From the NCBI GenBank assembly GCA_014800525.1, contig JAAVFV010000018.1, positions 17,291 through 81,290 of the forward strand: DNA of 64,000 nt, given 5' to 3'. Position 1 is the first letter of the stretch; every line of letters starts with the position of its first letter. This document shows positions 18,928 to 28,089 of this stretch, piece after piece. The notes under the pieces were generated by a model. It saw only the letters and a list, made by a program, of their open reading frames with translations, searched no databases and was not told the origin of the DNA. This DNA comes from Bacteroidales bacterium (GTDB taxonomy: Bacteria; Bacteroidota; Bacteroidia; Bacteroidales; Muribaculaceae). A program made the position numbers and the translations under genes.

Positions 18928-21078
18928 TCAAGACTGCTTTTCGGCTCCTTCTGATGAAGTATCCTTCGCCTGTTCAGCAGAGCTCTTCTTCGCCTGTTCA
19001 ACAGAGCTCTTCTTAAGTTCGGGGTATGCCACGCGCGAGTGATAGATAGTGGCCAGACGGCGCTTGAACGTATCCTTAACGGTCTCCACGTCACGATAGC
19101 TGATCGGCGCCTCCTTGAACATTCCATCCTCCGACTGACCATCAATCACTTTATCCACCAACGCATCAATCGAAGCCTGGGAATAATCCTTCAGACTGCG
19201 CGAGGCAGCTTCCACTGCGTCGGCCATCATCACTATAGCCGTCTCCCTTGATTGGGGATTCGGACCCGGATATTGAAAACGGCTACGGTCGATATCCATA
19301 TCCGGATTCTGATTCACCGCTGTATTGTAGAAGTATTTGGTTATACCACGGCCCTGATGTTCGGTGATGAAATTGCGAATCACCTCCGGAAGTTTAGCCT
19401 TCGAAGCCAATTGAAGTCCGGATGTGACATGGGAGATAATCTTCTGCGCGCTGGTCTCGGGATTAAGACCCACATGGGGGTTGACACCATGCTGATTCTC
19501 TGTGAAAAAGATCGGACTCTCAAGTTTTCCGATATCATGATAGAGCGCCCCGGTGCGCACGAGCTGCGTATTTGCTCCAATCGCACGAGCAGCCTCGGAG
19601 GCAAGCGTCGAAACCTGCATCGAATGTTGGAACGTGCCCGGTGCCTCCTCAGCCAGACGGCGCAAAAGAGGATTATTGATATCTGAAAGCTCCACAAGTG
19701 TCACTACAGAGGTAAAGCCAAACAATCTTTCCACTATAAGCATCAGAATATAGGCAAACGACAGAGCCACTGCATTCAGACCGAAAATACCGATTACAGT
19801 CCATTGGAAATTTTCCAGGTTTCCTTCATTCAGGAGAGACATGGCGATATAGCCCAGCACATAGACCACGAAAGTCAACCCCGCCGTGCGCAATAGCTGG
19901 GAACGCTGACTGAGCTGATGGATACTGAATGTGGCGACAATGCCCACACTCAGCTGTAGGAAGATGAAGCGTAACGGATCCACCGCCACCAATGAGGCGA
20001 GCATCACCGTGACCATCAGCGCAAATACGGCCGTGCGCGAATCAAAGAATATCATTATTATCACCGGCACCGCTGCAAACGGCAGAAAGTAGAGGCCTCC
20101 GGGCACAAATTCGAACATCAGGATAGACGCCACCACGAAGAGGGTGATATACACCATTAGGAAACACATCTTCTTCCAGTTGGTATAGAACTGATAGCGG
20201 TAGAGATGAAGGTAGAGATAAAGAACACCGAAAATCATCAGGATATACAGCGCCTGCCCTATTACAAAGTAGGTCTGCTTTCCGGCGGTATCATTATTCT
20301 TCTCCAGCATACTGATATATGTATTCAGATTGGTGAAGATCTGCGGTGTCACGATCTCTCCGCGGTCGACAATCCTCTGGCCACGTTTGATCACACCCAA
20401 CGCTCCATTTGCCACAATCTCCTCCTGACTCCTGAATTTCTCATTATTCTCGGTATCACTGACATAATTCGGCACAAGGCAGAGGTTCAGTGCCTTCGCC
20501 ACCTCCCCATCCAGAGGATATGTGGCGCTGAGCGAAGGATGCGCACGGTAGGCGGAGTCAATGTAGTCGTAGGCTTTGATAGGACCCAGCATCTTTGAGG
20601 CATCGATTGTTTCCACGGATGTAACTCCGTTCATTTCGGCCGATACTCTCAGCCGGGGAGTCTTCATAGCCCGTGTGCGGTTATATATCTGCACGCTTGT
20701 CAGACCCCGGTCATAGACCTGCCTCAATAACCGCGACACTTCCGCCACCTGTGCCGGAGCCGCAGTCGAGGAGGTGAGTTTCCGGAAACGCTCAATCTGT
20801 GTATCAGCCACTGTGGGATCTAACTTCACGAAATTGATGAAGTTTTGAGCGATACTATCGCGTATACGGCCCAACGATGTTGAGTCGCGCATGATCGGCA
20901 TATCGAAATCCGCTGTCAGCAACTGATATCGCCAGGGCTGATTCAATTCGTAGGTATACGACTGATGGTCTGTACTTGGGAGTATAAGCAGAATCAAGGC
21001 TGTGGCCATTATCAGTAGGCCTGCCTGGATAAGTCCTATTTTTTTTCGACCGCTTCGATCGGTTTTAGTTGATGCCAT
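18928..21078 (-). CDS. 7TM-HD (HDIG) phosphodiesterase, PgpH-like
   Basis: Extracellular domain, 7 TM segments, APGTFQHS, LYHDIGK, FFTENQ, MADAVEAASRSL. Confidence 0.9.
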   Translation of the reverse strand: MASTKTDRSGRKKIGLIQAGLLIMATALILLILPSTDHQSYTYELNQPWRYQLLTADFDMPIMRDSTSLGRIRDSIAQNFINFVKLDPTVADTQIERFRKLTSSTAAPAQVAEVSRLLRQVYDRGLTSVQIYNRTRAMKTPRLRVSAEMNGVTSVETIDASKMLGPIKAYDYIDSAYRAHPSLSATYPLDGEVAKALNLCLVPNYVSDTENNEKFRSQEEIVANGALGVIKRGQRIVDRGEIVTPQIFTNLNTYISMLEKNNDTAGKQTYFVIGQALYILMIFGVLYLYLHLYRYQFYTNWKKMCFLMVYITLFVVASILMFEFVPGGLYFLPFAAVPVIIMIFFDSRTAVFALMVTVMLASLVAVDPLRFIFLQLSVGIVATFSIHQLSQRSQLLRTAGLTFVVYVLGYIAMSLLNEGNLENFQWTVIGIFGLNAVALSFAYILMLIVERLFGFTSVVTLVELSDINNPLLRRLAEEAPGTFQHSMQVSTLASEAARAIGANTQLVRTGALYHDIGKLESPIFFTENQHGVNPHVGLNPETSAQKIISHVTSGLQLASKAKLPEVIRNFITEHQGRGITKYFYNTAVNQNPDMDIDRSRFQYPGPNPQSRETAIVMMADAVEAASRSLKDYSQASIDALVDKVIDGQSEDGMFKEAPISYRDVETVKDTFKRRLATIYHSRVAYPELKKSSVEQAKKSSAEQAKDTSSEGAEKQS

Positions 21079-21136
21079 GGGAGTGAAATCGGGAGAAGAT
21101 TAAGTTTCTGAGATTCTACTTCACAGTCTGGAGGAG

Positions 21137-22642
21137 TTACAGACTGTTATTCTTTCTAAGGAGGGCCCGGATACGGGTTCGCGCCCTGGCCGTGTGGCAA
21201 TGCATGAGCCAATCCTCCTTGGGACGCTGGAATTCACTGGTGATTATCTCCACCTGATCGCCGGATTCCAGTTTATACGACAAAGGCCTGAGTTTATGGT
21301 TCACTTTCCCCCCCAGACAATGTCGCCCTAACTGGCTATGGATGGCAAAGGCCATATCGAGGATGGTGGAGCCGGCAGGGAGTGTCACCAGATCTCCCTT
21401 CGGGGTGAAGACATATATTTCCGACGAAAAGAGATGGAGTTGTATTGTATCAAGAAAGTCGAGCGCGGTGGGGCCCGGATTGGCAAGGATATCCTTAATG
21501 GTATTCACCCACTTGTCAAGCTCGCTTTCACGAGGGGATTCCTCCCCTGTCTTATATTTCCAATGGGCCGCATAGCCCAGTTCGGCGATATCATCCATTT
21601 TCCGCGAACGTATCTGCACTTCTATCCATTTTCCATCCGGCCCCATGACCGTGAGATGAAGGGCGCGATAGCCATTGGATTTTGGAGTACTGGTCCAATC
21701 ACGGATTCTATCTGGATGGACCTGATGACCGTCGGTGAAGAAGGTGTATATCTCCCAGCATTTCAAGCGCTCAAGCGCATCATCGTCATTCTCGAATATC
21801 ACGCGGAGGGCATAGATATCATACACTTCCTCAAAGGGGATTCCCTTCTTCTGCATTTTTCTATAGATGGAGTATGCGCTCTTCACCCGGGCCTTTATCT
21901 CATAACGATACCCGGCCCTATCCAACTTTTCACGCACGGAATCCACAAATTTCCTCACAATCTCCGCTCTCTCATCCTCTCCTTCGCTGATTTTCTCCAT
22001 TATGGCCCGGTATTCTTCCGGGTGTTCAAAACGGAATGCTAAATCCTCGAATTCGGTCTTCATTTTAAAGAGGCCAAGACGATGGGCCAACGGAGCATAG
22101 ATATGGAGTGTCTCCTCAGCTATCTTGGATTGTTTCGACTCCTGCTGAGCCCGCAGATTACGCATATTATGCAGTCGGTCGGCCATCTTGATGAGTATCA
22201 CCCGTATATCGGTCGACATCGAAAGGAGAAGTTTCCTGAAATTTTCAGCCTGCACCGCAGCTTTCGATCCGAAGATGCCTCCGGATATACGGCTCAGGCC
22301 ATCCACAATGGAGGCGATTTTCTCCCCGAACATCGAGCTGATATCATCTCGCGTATAGTCCGTGTTATCCGGAACATCGTGAAGCAGAGCCGCGCATATT
22401 GAAGTAGAGCCCAATCCAAGCTCTTTGATTACAATCCGCGCCACCTCCACGGGATGTTTCAGATAAGGTTCTCCCGAATTACGCCTTGCCCCCTCATAAG
22501 CTTTCTCAGCGAATCGATAGGCACGCTCAATAAGTTCCACCTTTCGCCGATGGTTACTGCGCAGATAAGCCTGCAACATATCCTGATATGCTGCCGCAAT
22601 CTCTTGCTTTTCTTCCTGTATTTGTGCCGGTGTCGGGGTCAT
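21137..22642 (-). CDS. RelA/SpoT-family (p)ppGpp synthetase, short form (HD-SYNTH-TGS)
   Basis: DRLHNMR, YAPLAHRLG, KSNGYRALH, EVQIRS, FTPKG; ends soon after TGS; TATATTTG promoter at 22667-22674. Confidence 0.9.
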   Translation of the reverse strand: MTPTPAQIQEEKQEIAAAYQDMLQAYLRSNHRRKVELIERAYRFAEKAYEGARRNSGEPYLKHPVEVARIVIKELGLGSTSICAALLHDVPDNTDYTRDDISSMFGEKIASIVDGLSRISGGIFGSKAAVQAENFRKLLLSMSTDIRVILIKMADRLHNMRNLRAQQESKQSKIAEETLHIYAPLAHRLGLFKMKTEFEDLAFRFEHPEEYRAIMEKISEGEDERAEIVRKFVDSVREKLDRAGYRYEIKARVKSAYSIYRKMQKKGIPFEEVYDIYALRVIFENDDDALERLKCWEIYTFFTDGHQVHPDRIRDWTSTPKSNGYRALHLTVMGPDGKWIEVQIRSRKMDDIAELGYAAHWKYKTGEESPRESELDKWVNTIKDILANPGPTALDFLDTIQLHLFSSEIYVFTPKGDLVTLPAGSTILDMAFAIHSQLGRHCLGGKVNHKLRPLSYKLESGDQVEIITSEFQRPKEDWLMHCHTARARTRIRALLRKNNSL

Positions 22643-23239
22643 CTCTTGCTGTATCGGTCTCTATTGCAAATATAATAAATCAATTTCACACAACCAATAT
22701 TCCATTGCCCGTTCCCGGGAATGACACATCTGGATACGGTTTCCTGATCATTCTCTCATATAGCCTCGTACCATTCTGATTATCAGAAAGTTGTATAATA
22801 ACATTCGTTAATAATCAAATTTTAACATTTAAGATAATAATATCTCCTGAACATTATGCGTTTCATTATCACAAGCAGCGCTGACGAAGGCTGCCACATT
22901 ATGAATCAATCATCAGTGGACGATAGAATTCCTCCACGCTAACTACACCTCTCGAGGTTTGGACCGGCCTCCCCTGTTAATTTTCGGTCTGACTACCTTT
23001 AATATTATCCCAAAGCATATCGGATATCGAGTAATATCCTTCAGCGAAAATTATTTCGACACGCAATCCCACTGTATTCCTACGCGGAATAGAGTCACAC
23101 CATAACATAGTTGATCCCTGACGTCGGCATCCGGCGCGTAATGGTATACTATGGATTATCGAAACACTTTTTTCATGACTTAGATATGTTTCAACGACCC
23201 CTTAGGTCGATACCTTGTTCGTATTTTCGGGTTGAATCA

Positions 23240-23257
23240 TGCTTGAAATTTCAAGCA
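23240..23257. promoter_or_regulatory. Perfect 18-bp palindrome, candidate operator
   Basis: TGCTTGAAATTTCAAGCA. Confidence 0.45.
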
Positions 23258-23321
23258 AACCGATAGGATGGACACGAAAAACATAATTGTCTAAATTTTG
23301 GGTTATATACATTAGTAATTT

Positions 23322-23439
23322 CTATCGTCTGCCCTGGCGGATTTAATACGGATTTGGATTCGTTGGTTAAACGCGTCGCTTCCGCACCGTCTTTGGCAGG
23401 AGGAGGCCGCGGACCCCGTGAGGTGTCTGCGCCTTTTTT
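23322..23439 (+). ncRNA. Candidate small RNA ending in an intrinsic terminator
   Basis: Nested pairings CTGCC/GGCAG, GGCGG/CCGTC, TTTAA/TTAAA, then a GC hairpin and T6 at 23404-23439; no plus-strand CDS upstream. Confidence 0.35.
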
Positions 23440-23471
23440 ATTTCCCCCTTCCCTCCTTCCCCGGCCCCTTC

Positions 23472-23583
23472 CCGCCTCCTTCCTCCCCGCCTCCTTCCTC
23501 CCCGTCTCTTTCCTCGCCGCCTCCTTCCTCGCCGCCTCCTTCCTCGCCGCCTCCTTCCTCGCCGCCTCTTTCCTCCCTGCCTC
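23472..23583 (+). repeat. 15-bp pyrimidine-rich tandem array, about 7 copies of CCGCCTCCTTCCTC(G/C)
   Basis: Directly visible; source of the spurious KEAAR/ASFLA ORFs. Confidence 0.95.
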
Positions 23584-23590
23584 AGCCATA

Positions 23591-23616
23591 AAAAAATGCG
23601 CCTTCAAGGGCGCATT
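23591..23616 (-). terminator. Terminator of the ribH-ending operon
   Basis: A run followed by AATGCGCC TTCAAG GGCGCATT. Confidence 0.7.
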
Positions 23617-23652
23617 CTATTGATAGTAATATTTTCTTGATCATCGATTAGT

Positions 23653-23779
23653 CCCGTCAGCGCGAAGCTTGTCCTGTGCAAGCCCTGAAAGGGATTGAAG
23701 CCGCTAATGCCCCACTAGCGCGAAGCTCGTCCTGTGCAAGCCCTGAAAGGGATTGAAGCCGCTAATGCCCGTCAGCGCA
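23653..23779 (+). repeat. REP-like repeat cluster 1: two 58-bp type-B units plus a truncated head
   Basis: AGCGCGAAGCT(T/C)GTCCTGTGCAAGCCCTGAAAGGGATTGAAGCCGCTAATGCC twice. Confidence 0.9.
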
Positions 23780-24286
23780 TTAATACCGGATGCGCAATAG
23801 CTTCCGCAGATTGGCCATCTTGATAGCCGCTACGGCTGCCTCCGCTCCCTTATTGCCAAGGCTTCCTCCGGCCCGATCAAGCGCCTCCTGCTCATTATTC
23901 ACAGTCAGAACTCCGAATATCACCGGGGTATCACCCGACGAATTCAGTCTCGCGGTGCCTTCCGCAGCTATCTGGCACACATAATCAAAATGTGGAGTCT
24001 CCCCGCGAATCACACATCCTATCACGATGATCGCATCAAGATCGCAAAGCTGATGCTGAGCAAAGGCCGCGATATTCACAAGCTCCACTGTGCCCGGCAC
24101 AGTCTCCGAGATGATATGCTCCTCCTTTACACCGGCGCTCTTCAACACATCCAATGCGCCATCACGCAAAGCGTAGGTCACGGTCGGATTCCATTCCGCA
24201 GTAAAAATGGCACACCGGAATGATGCCGCATCCTTTACTTCCGGAATCTCAAGCTTATCCCCGTTAGTATTTAATATCGTACTCAT
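23780..24286 (-). CDS. ribH: 6,7-dimethyl-8-ribityllumazine synthase
   Basis: AEWN, VPGTVEL, GCVIRGETPHFDYVC, GNKGAEAA. Confidence 0.95.
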   Translation of the reverse strand: MSTILNTNGDKLEIPEVKDAASFRCAIFTAEWNPTVTYALRDGALDVLKSAGVKEEHIISETVPGTVELVNIAAFAQHQLCDLDAIIVIGCVIRGETPHFDYVCQIAAEGTARLNSSGDTPVIFGVLTVNNEQEALDRAGGSLGNKGAEAAVAAIKMANLRKLLRIRY

Positions 24287-25299
24287 TTCTTTTTCTTCTT
24301 TTTCTTTGATTTTTCGGATTTCCCGGAATTCTCATCAGCCGGCTTTTCTTCCCTCTCTTCCTTCCGGTCTTCCTTTGAATCCTCAGAAGCCTGATCTGAC
24401 TCCTCTCCGGGATTGGATACTGTCTGGTCTGACTCCTCCGGAGCCGTGGTTTTCTTACGGGAAATACTCTTCTGAACCTTATGCCAGAATGCCTTCCAGC
24501 CCTGCTCGGCTGCCTGTGCCTCCTCGGTGTCTATAATCTGAAGCAATGCCAGGATATCCTCCTCGAGCTCAATTGTCTCCAAGGCTATTGCATGAGGCAA
24601 CACGGCTCCTAAAAGTCGCTGAGCGCGGGCACGCATATTCTTCATACGCATCATGATCTTGGCAAGCTCCACGCTCATCTTGATCTCCTTACGGTTCACT
24701 CTTCCGGCACGCTTCTTCGAAAGACGTATAGCTTCGGTATAGAACTTCATAGCTCCACGATAATCGCCCGTTGCTCCCAGAAGCTCACCGACATTACGAA
24801 GGCTATCCACCAGTTTATCAGTGGCCGCCGCGATTCCCGAATTCACCTTATCATACAACGATTCGGCATTCAACTGCTGCTTCACGAGGAGTTCCAGTGT
24901 TTTCTTGCGACTGCGCAGAATACGGGTGGAGAGTTCCATCGCCATGATATGGTAATGACCGAAACGTTCGGCATCGACCTTTATCAGATTCTCCAGCACG
25001 CGGAACAACACCTCCAGCTCCTTCTCGCTCTGCTTATAATCCTTAAGTTCGAAATGCACCTCCGACAGATCAAACAGCAGTCCGACCAGAAGAGCTCTGA
25101 ATTCAAGGTTTTCAATATCTGAAAACTCTCTCATTATTCTGAGAGCCTCCACAATCCTTTCAAGGGTATCGATATAACGTCCCTCCTCGGCGAGTTCCTT
25201 CGCAGTGCGCCGACAACTGAGAGCATCATTGATAATCTCTGCATCACGTGAGCCCCTCGGCAGCTTTTTGGTATCTATGGGTAGTTCTATAAATGTCAT
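24283..25299 (-). CDS. Helical TPR-like protein with charged C-terminal tail
   Basis: Repeating amphipathic helices (GDYRGAMKFYTEAIRL); overlaps the ribH start. Confidence 0.7.
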   Translation of the reverse strand: MTFIELPIDTKKLPRGSRDAEIINDALSCRRTAKELAEEGRYIDTLERIVEALRIMREFSDIENLEFRALLVGLLFDLSEVHFELKDYKQSEKELEVLFRVLENLIKVDAERFGHYHIMAMELSTRILRSRKKTLELLVKQQLNAESLYDKVNSGIAAATDKLVDSLRNVGELLGATGDYRGAMKFYTEAIRLSKKRAGRVNRKEIKMSVELAKIMMRMKNMRARAQRLLGAVLPHAIALETIELEEDILALLQIIDTEEAQAAEQGWKAFWHKVQKSISRKKTTAPEESDQTVSNPGEESDQASEDSKEDRKEEREEKPADENSGKSEKSKKKKKKK

Positions 25300-25355
25300 A
25301 TAAGGATTTCTTTATATTTGCAGTTCGTAGGCAGTTTTTGCTAGCGGTATGGCGA

Positions 25356-25979
25356 TTAATGAATCTCCTCGGCCGCCGCCGTACGCGACACATGACCAAG
25401 ATAGCCTCCGTGATGGCGCTTGGCATATTCTGTGGCAGTAAAGTCTATTGCCTTCATTGTGCCGACCACAAGAATATCCCCCATCACGGTCATCATCGTG
25501 GTGGAAGTGGTGGGAGTCATCCCCAACGGACATACCTCCGGGGCGCCTCCTGTCCATAAGGTGACATCGCCCTGACGCCCGAGCACACTCTCGGCGTTTC
25601 CTGTTATAACAATAATTTTTACTTCCGGGTTTAGATTGCGCGAGAGTTCTACAAGCTCCACTATCTCACGGGTCTTCCCTGAATTACTCAGCAGTAACAT
25701 AAGGTCGTTACGCTGCATTATTCCCAGATCTCCATGTTGGGCCTCCGACGGATGCAGAAATACGGCCGGCGTACCTGTCGAACAGAATGTGGTGGCTATA
25801 TTCATTGCAATCTGTCCGGCTTTCCCCATGCCGGAACATATTAGTTTCCCTCCCCGCCGATTCACCTGCTCCACAATCAGTTCCACAGCGCGGTTATAAT
25901 CGTCAGTCACCGGCAAATGCAGGATAGCCTCGGCCTCCTTCTCCATTATCTCGCGCATCAGCGCCTTCATATCTTCCAT
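25356..25979 (-). CDS. SIS-domain sugar-phosphate isomerase, KdsD/arabinose-5-phosphate isomerase-like, no CBS domains
   Basis: SGMGKAG, FLHPSEAQHGDLG, SNSGKT, PTTST, HHGGYLG; start moved to MEDMK. Confidence 0.85.
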   Translation of the reverse strand: MEDMKALMREIMEKEAEAILHLPVTDDYNRAVELIVEQVNRRGGKLICSGMGKAGQIAMNIATTFCSTGTPAVFLHPSEAQHGDLGIMQRNDLMLLLSNSGKTREIVELVELSRNLNPEVKIIVITGNAESVLGRQGDVTLWTGGAPEVCPLGMTPTTSTTMMTVMGDILVVGTMKAIDFTATEYAKRHHGGYLGHVSRTAAAEEIH

Positions 25980-26038
25980 CTCCTTCTTTTTATAGTTATG
26001 ACACTCCCGCTTTTTATTGTTATGACACTCCCGCCTCA

Positions 26039-26479
26039 TCATTCCCATTTCATACTCCGCTCCAGTGCTTCCCGCCATTCCGCCGACAATTCCATAGATG
26101 TGGCAGTATTCCGGTCGAACGACACCATCACTGTCTCACACGCCGATTTCAATTCTCCTGTCGCTTTATTACGGATCATCTGTTGAAGTCGGAAACTCTT
26201 TTCTCCGAGCTCGCAACAGCGGGTCAACACCTCGATTGGCTCACCGAAATAAATCGGACTCCGGAAGGCACAGTCGACATTGGCTATCACCGTATCCACC
26301 TTCTTCCAATCCATCCGGCGTCCCATCACGGTTGAAAAAAACCATGCCTTCCCCGTGTCATAATAAGCCAGATAGACTGTATTATTCACATGTCCCAGCA
26401 CATCGACATCACTGAAACGTATCTGGAGATCTACCCGGGAAGGATAAGCTTCCAGAGGTGCGAGTTTCTCTATATTCAT
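26039..26479 (-). CDS. Acyl-CoA thioesterase (4HBT/YbgC hotdog fold)
   Basis: IRFSDVDVLGHVNNTVYLAYYD. Confidence 0.9.
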   Translation of the reverse strand: MNIEKLAPLEAYPSRVDLQIRFSDVDVLGHVNNTVYLAYYDTGKAWFFSTVMGRRMDWKKVDTVIANVDCAFRSPIYFGEPIEVLTRCCELGEKSFRLQQMIRNKATGELKSACETVMVSFDRNTATSMELSAEWREALERSMKWE

Positions 26480-26525
26480 TATTCTCTTTCTTTTTATCTA
26501 TATTAGGGTTTAGCCGGGTTTGAGC

Positions 26526-26816
26526 CTATTTGAAGCGTATCTGCCTCACCACTTCCTTACCCATACGTGCATTAATGAGTTCGATGATGCGCGAGCGATT
26601 CATGGTCAGTTCATGCCGTAGCGGAGCGCTATCCACATACACCACCATAATTCCGCAGCTTATCTGAGGGCGCGAGGTACGCGCTGCAATTCCGGGACCG
26701 ACCATCTCAGCCCACATCAATGAGGCCTTCACCTCATCCATCCGACCCGCCAGACTACTCTCCTGAAGAGTGAGTCGCAGCACATCCCCTATCGATTCCG
26801 GTTCCTTCCTCTGCAT
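26526..26816 (-). CDS. DUF721/DciA-family protein
   Basis: W.EMVG..IA..T, V.SAPLRHEL; directly downstream of recF. Confidence 0.85.
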   Translation of the reverse strand: MQRKEPESIGDVLRLTLQESSLAGRMDEVKASLMWAEMVGPGIAARTSRPQISCGIMVVYVDSAPLRHELTMNRSRIIELINARMGKEVVRQIRFK

Positions 26817-26824
26817 AGCCTTTC

Positions 26825-27928
26825 TTATTGTTCCACTTCCTTAAATACTCCATCCTTCACCTCAAACATCCGGCTTTCACCCTGCAAGCCTGAGATGGTC
26901 TCATCGAGATGCTCCCGGTTGGTATCAGTGATGAATATCTGCCCGAAGCTCCCTTCTCCGCTAACTATGCCCATAATTCGCCCCACACGACCGGAATCGA
27001 GTTTATCAAAGATATCGTCAAGGAGAAGAATCGGCTTTTCTCCCCCGGATTTCCGGAGATATTCATAGACTGCCAGTTTCAGTGCGATCGTAAAGGTCTT
27101 CACCTGTCCCTGACTTCCGAGCCGTCGCATCGACCAATTGTCAAGACCCATTCCCAGATCATCGCGGTGCACTCCCGCAGAGGTGAATCCCAACACTGCA
27201 TCCTTCTCCCGCGTCCGGGCCATCACCTCCTCCGGTGTGGAATCGTTGAGCACCGAACGATATGAAAGCGAGGCACGCTCCGCATCCCCTGATATACGCC
27301 TGTAATAATCGGCCACAATCGGCGCCACCTCCTCTACCCAGGCCTTCCTTCCGGCATGAATCTCGCGCGCGGCGGCATTCATTCCGCTCTCTATTGACTC
27401 GAATAACAGCGGATCTCTGATACCGGCCCGCAACATCTTGTTACGCGATTCCAAAGCCCGGTTATATTTTATCAGCTGACTCAAATAGATCGGATCTGCC
27501 TGGGATATCACCATATCCATCAGTTTTCGACGCATCTCTCCGCTCCCGCTCACAAGTTCGCTATCCGAGGGTAACACTGCCACAATCGGGAATTTACCCA
27601 CATGTTCCGATAATCTCCCATATTCCTTGCCGTTACGTTTCAGGGTCTTCCCCTTTCCGGATGCAATTCCGCAACTCACGGTTTCCTGAGTTCCGCCATC
27701 CATCTCGTATTCCCCTTTCACAAGAAGCATATCGCTCCCGTGAAGCGGCAGGGAATTCTCCGGCACACTCCGCATCGGACGCCCGAGACTCAGGAAATAG
27801 ACCGCATCAAGAAGATTACTCTTCCCCATTCCGTTCATTCCTAAGAAACAATTCACCCGCGGACACAACTCGAGCCGTGCCTCCGCGATATTCTTGAAGT
27901 TGAGTATCTCGATTTCTTTGAGTCTCAT
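26825..27928 (-). CDS. recF: DNA replication/repair protein RecF
   Basis: GMNGMGKSNLLDA, GVHRDDL, GSQGQ, LLLDDIFDKLD; start moved to MRLKEI. Confidence 0.95.
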   Translation of the reverse strand: MRLKEIEILNFKNIAEARLELCPRVNCFLGMNGMGKSNLLDAVYFLSLGRPMRSVPENSLPLHGSDMLLVKGEYEMDGGTQETVSCGIASGKGKTLKRNGKEYGRLSEHVGKFPIVAVLPSDSELVSGSGEMRRKLMDMVISQADPIYLSQLIKYNRALESRNKMLRAGIRDPLLFESIESGMNAAAREIHAGRKAWVEEVAPIVADYYRRISGDAERASLSYRSVLNDSTPEEVMARTREKDAVLGFTSAGVHRDDLGMGLDNWSMRRLGSQGQVKTFTIALKLAVYEYLRKSGGEKPILLLDDIFDKLDSGRVGRIMGIVSGEGSFGQIFITDTNREHLDETISGLQGESRMFEVKDGVFKEVEQ

Positions 27929-28089
27929 AGTATTTTGGGAATTTAACGGTGTTAAATGGGTTATTACGGCCGCAGCCCATAGTATCGCTGACAAATATAC
28001 TATTTTTATCTGTCTTGACAAAGAAGATGCCTCTTTCCCATATCATCTATAATCCTATATATTATATGATCTGAAATGCGATGATACGC

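Noticed and set aside
22643-23440. Replication origin or parS site, suggested by nearby parAB and recF
   Set aside because: I found no cluster of TTATCCACA-type boxes and no GTTTCACGTGAAAC-type parS by eye
23251-23623. ORFs with KEAAR/ASFLA repeats
   Set aside because: Translations of the 15-bp tandem array that cross terminators
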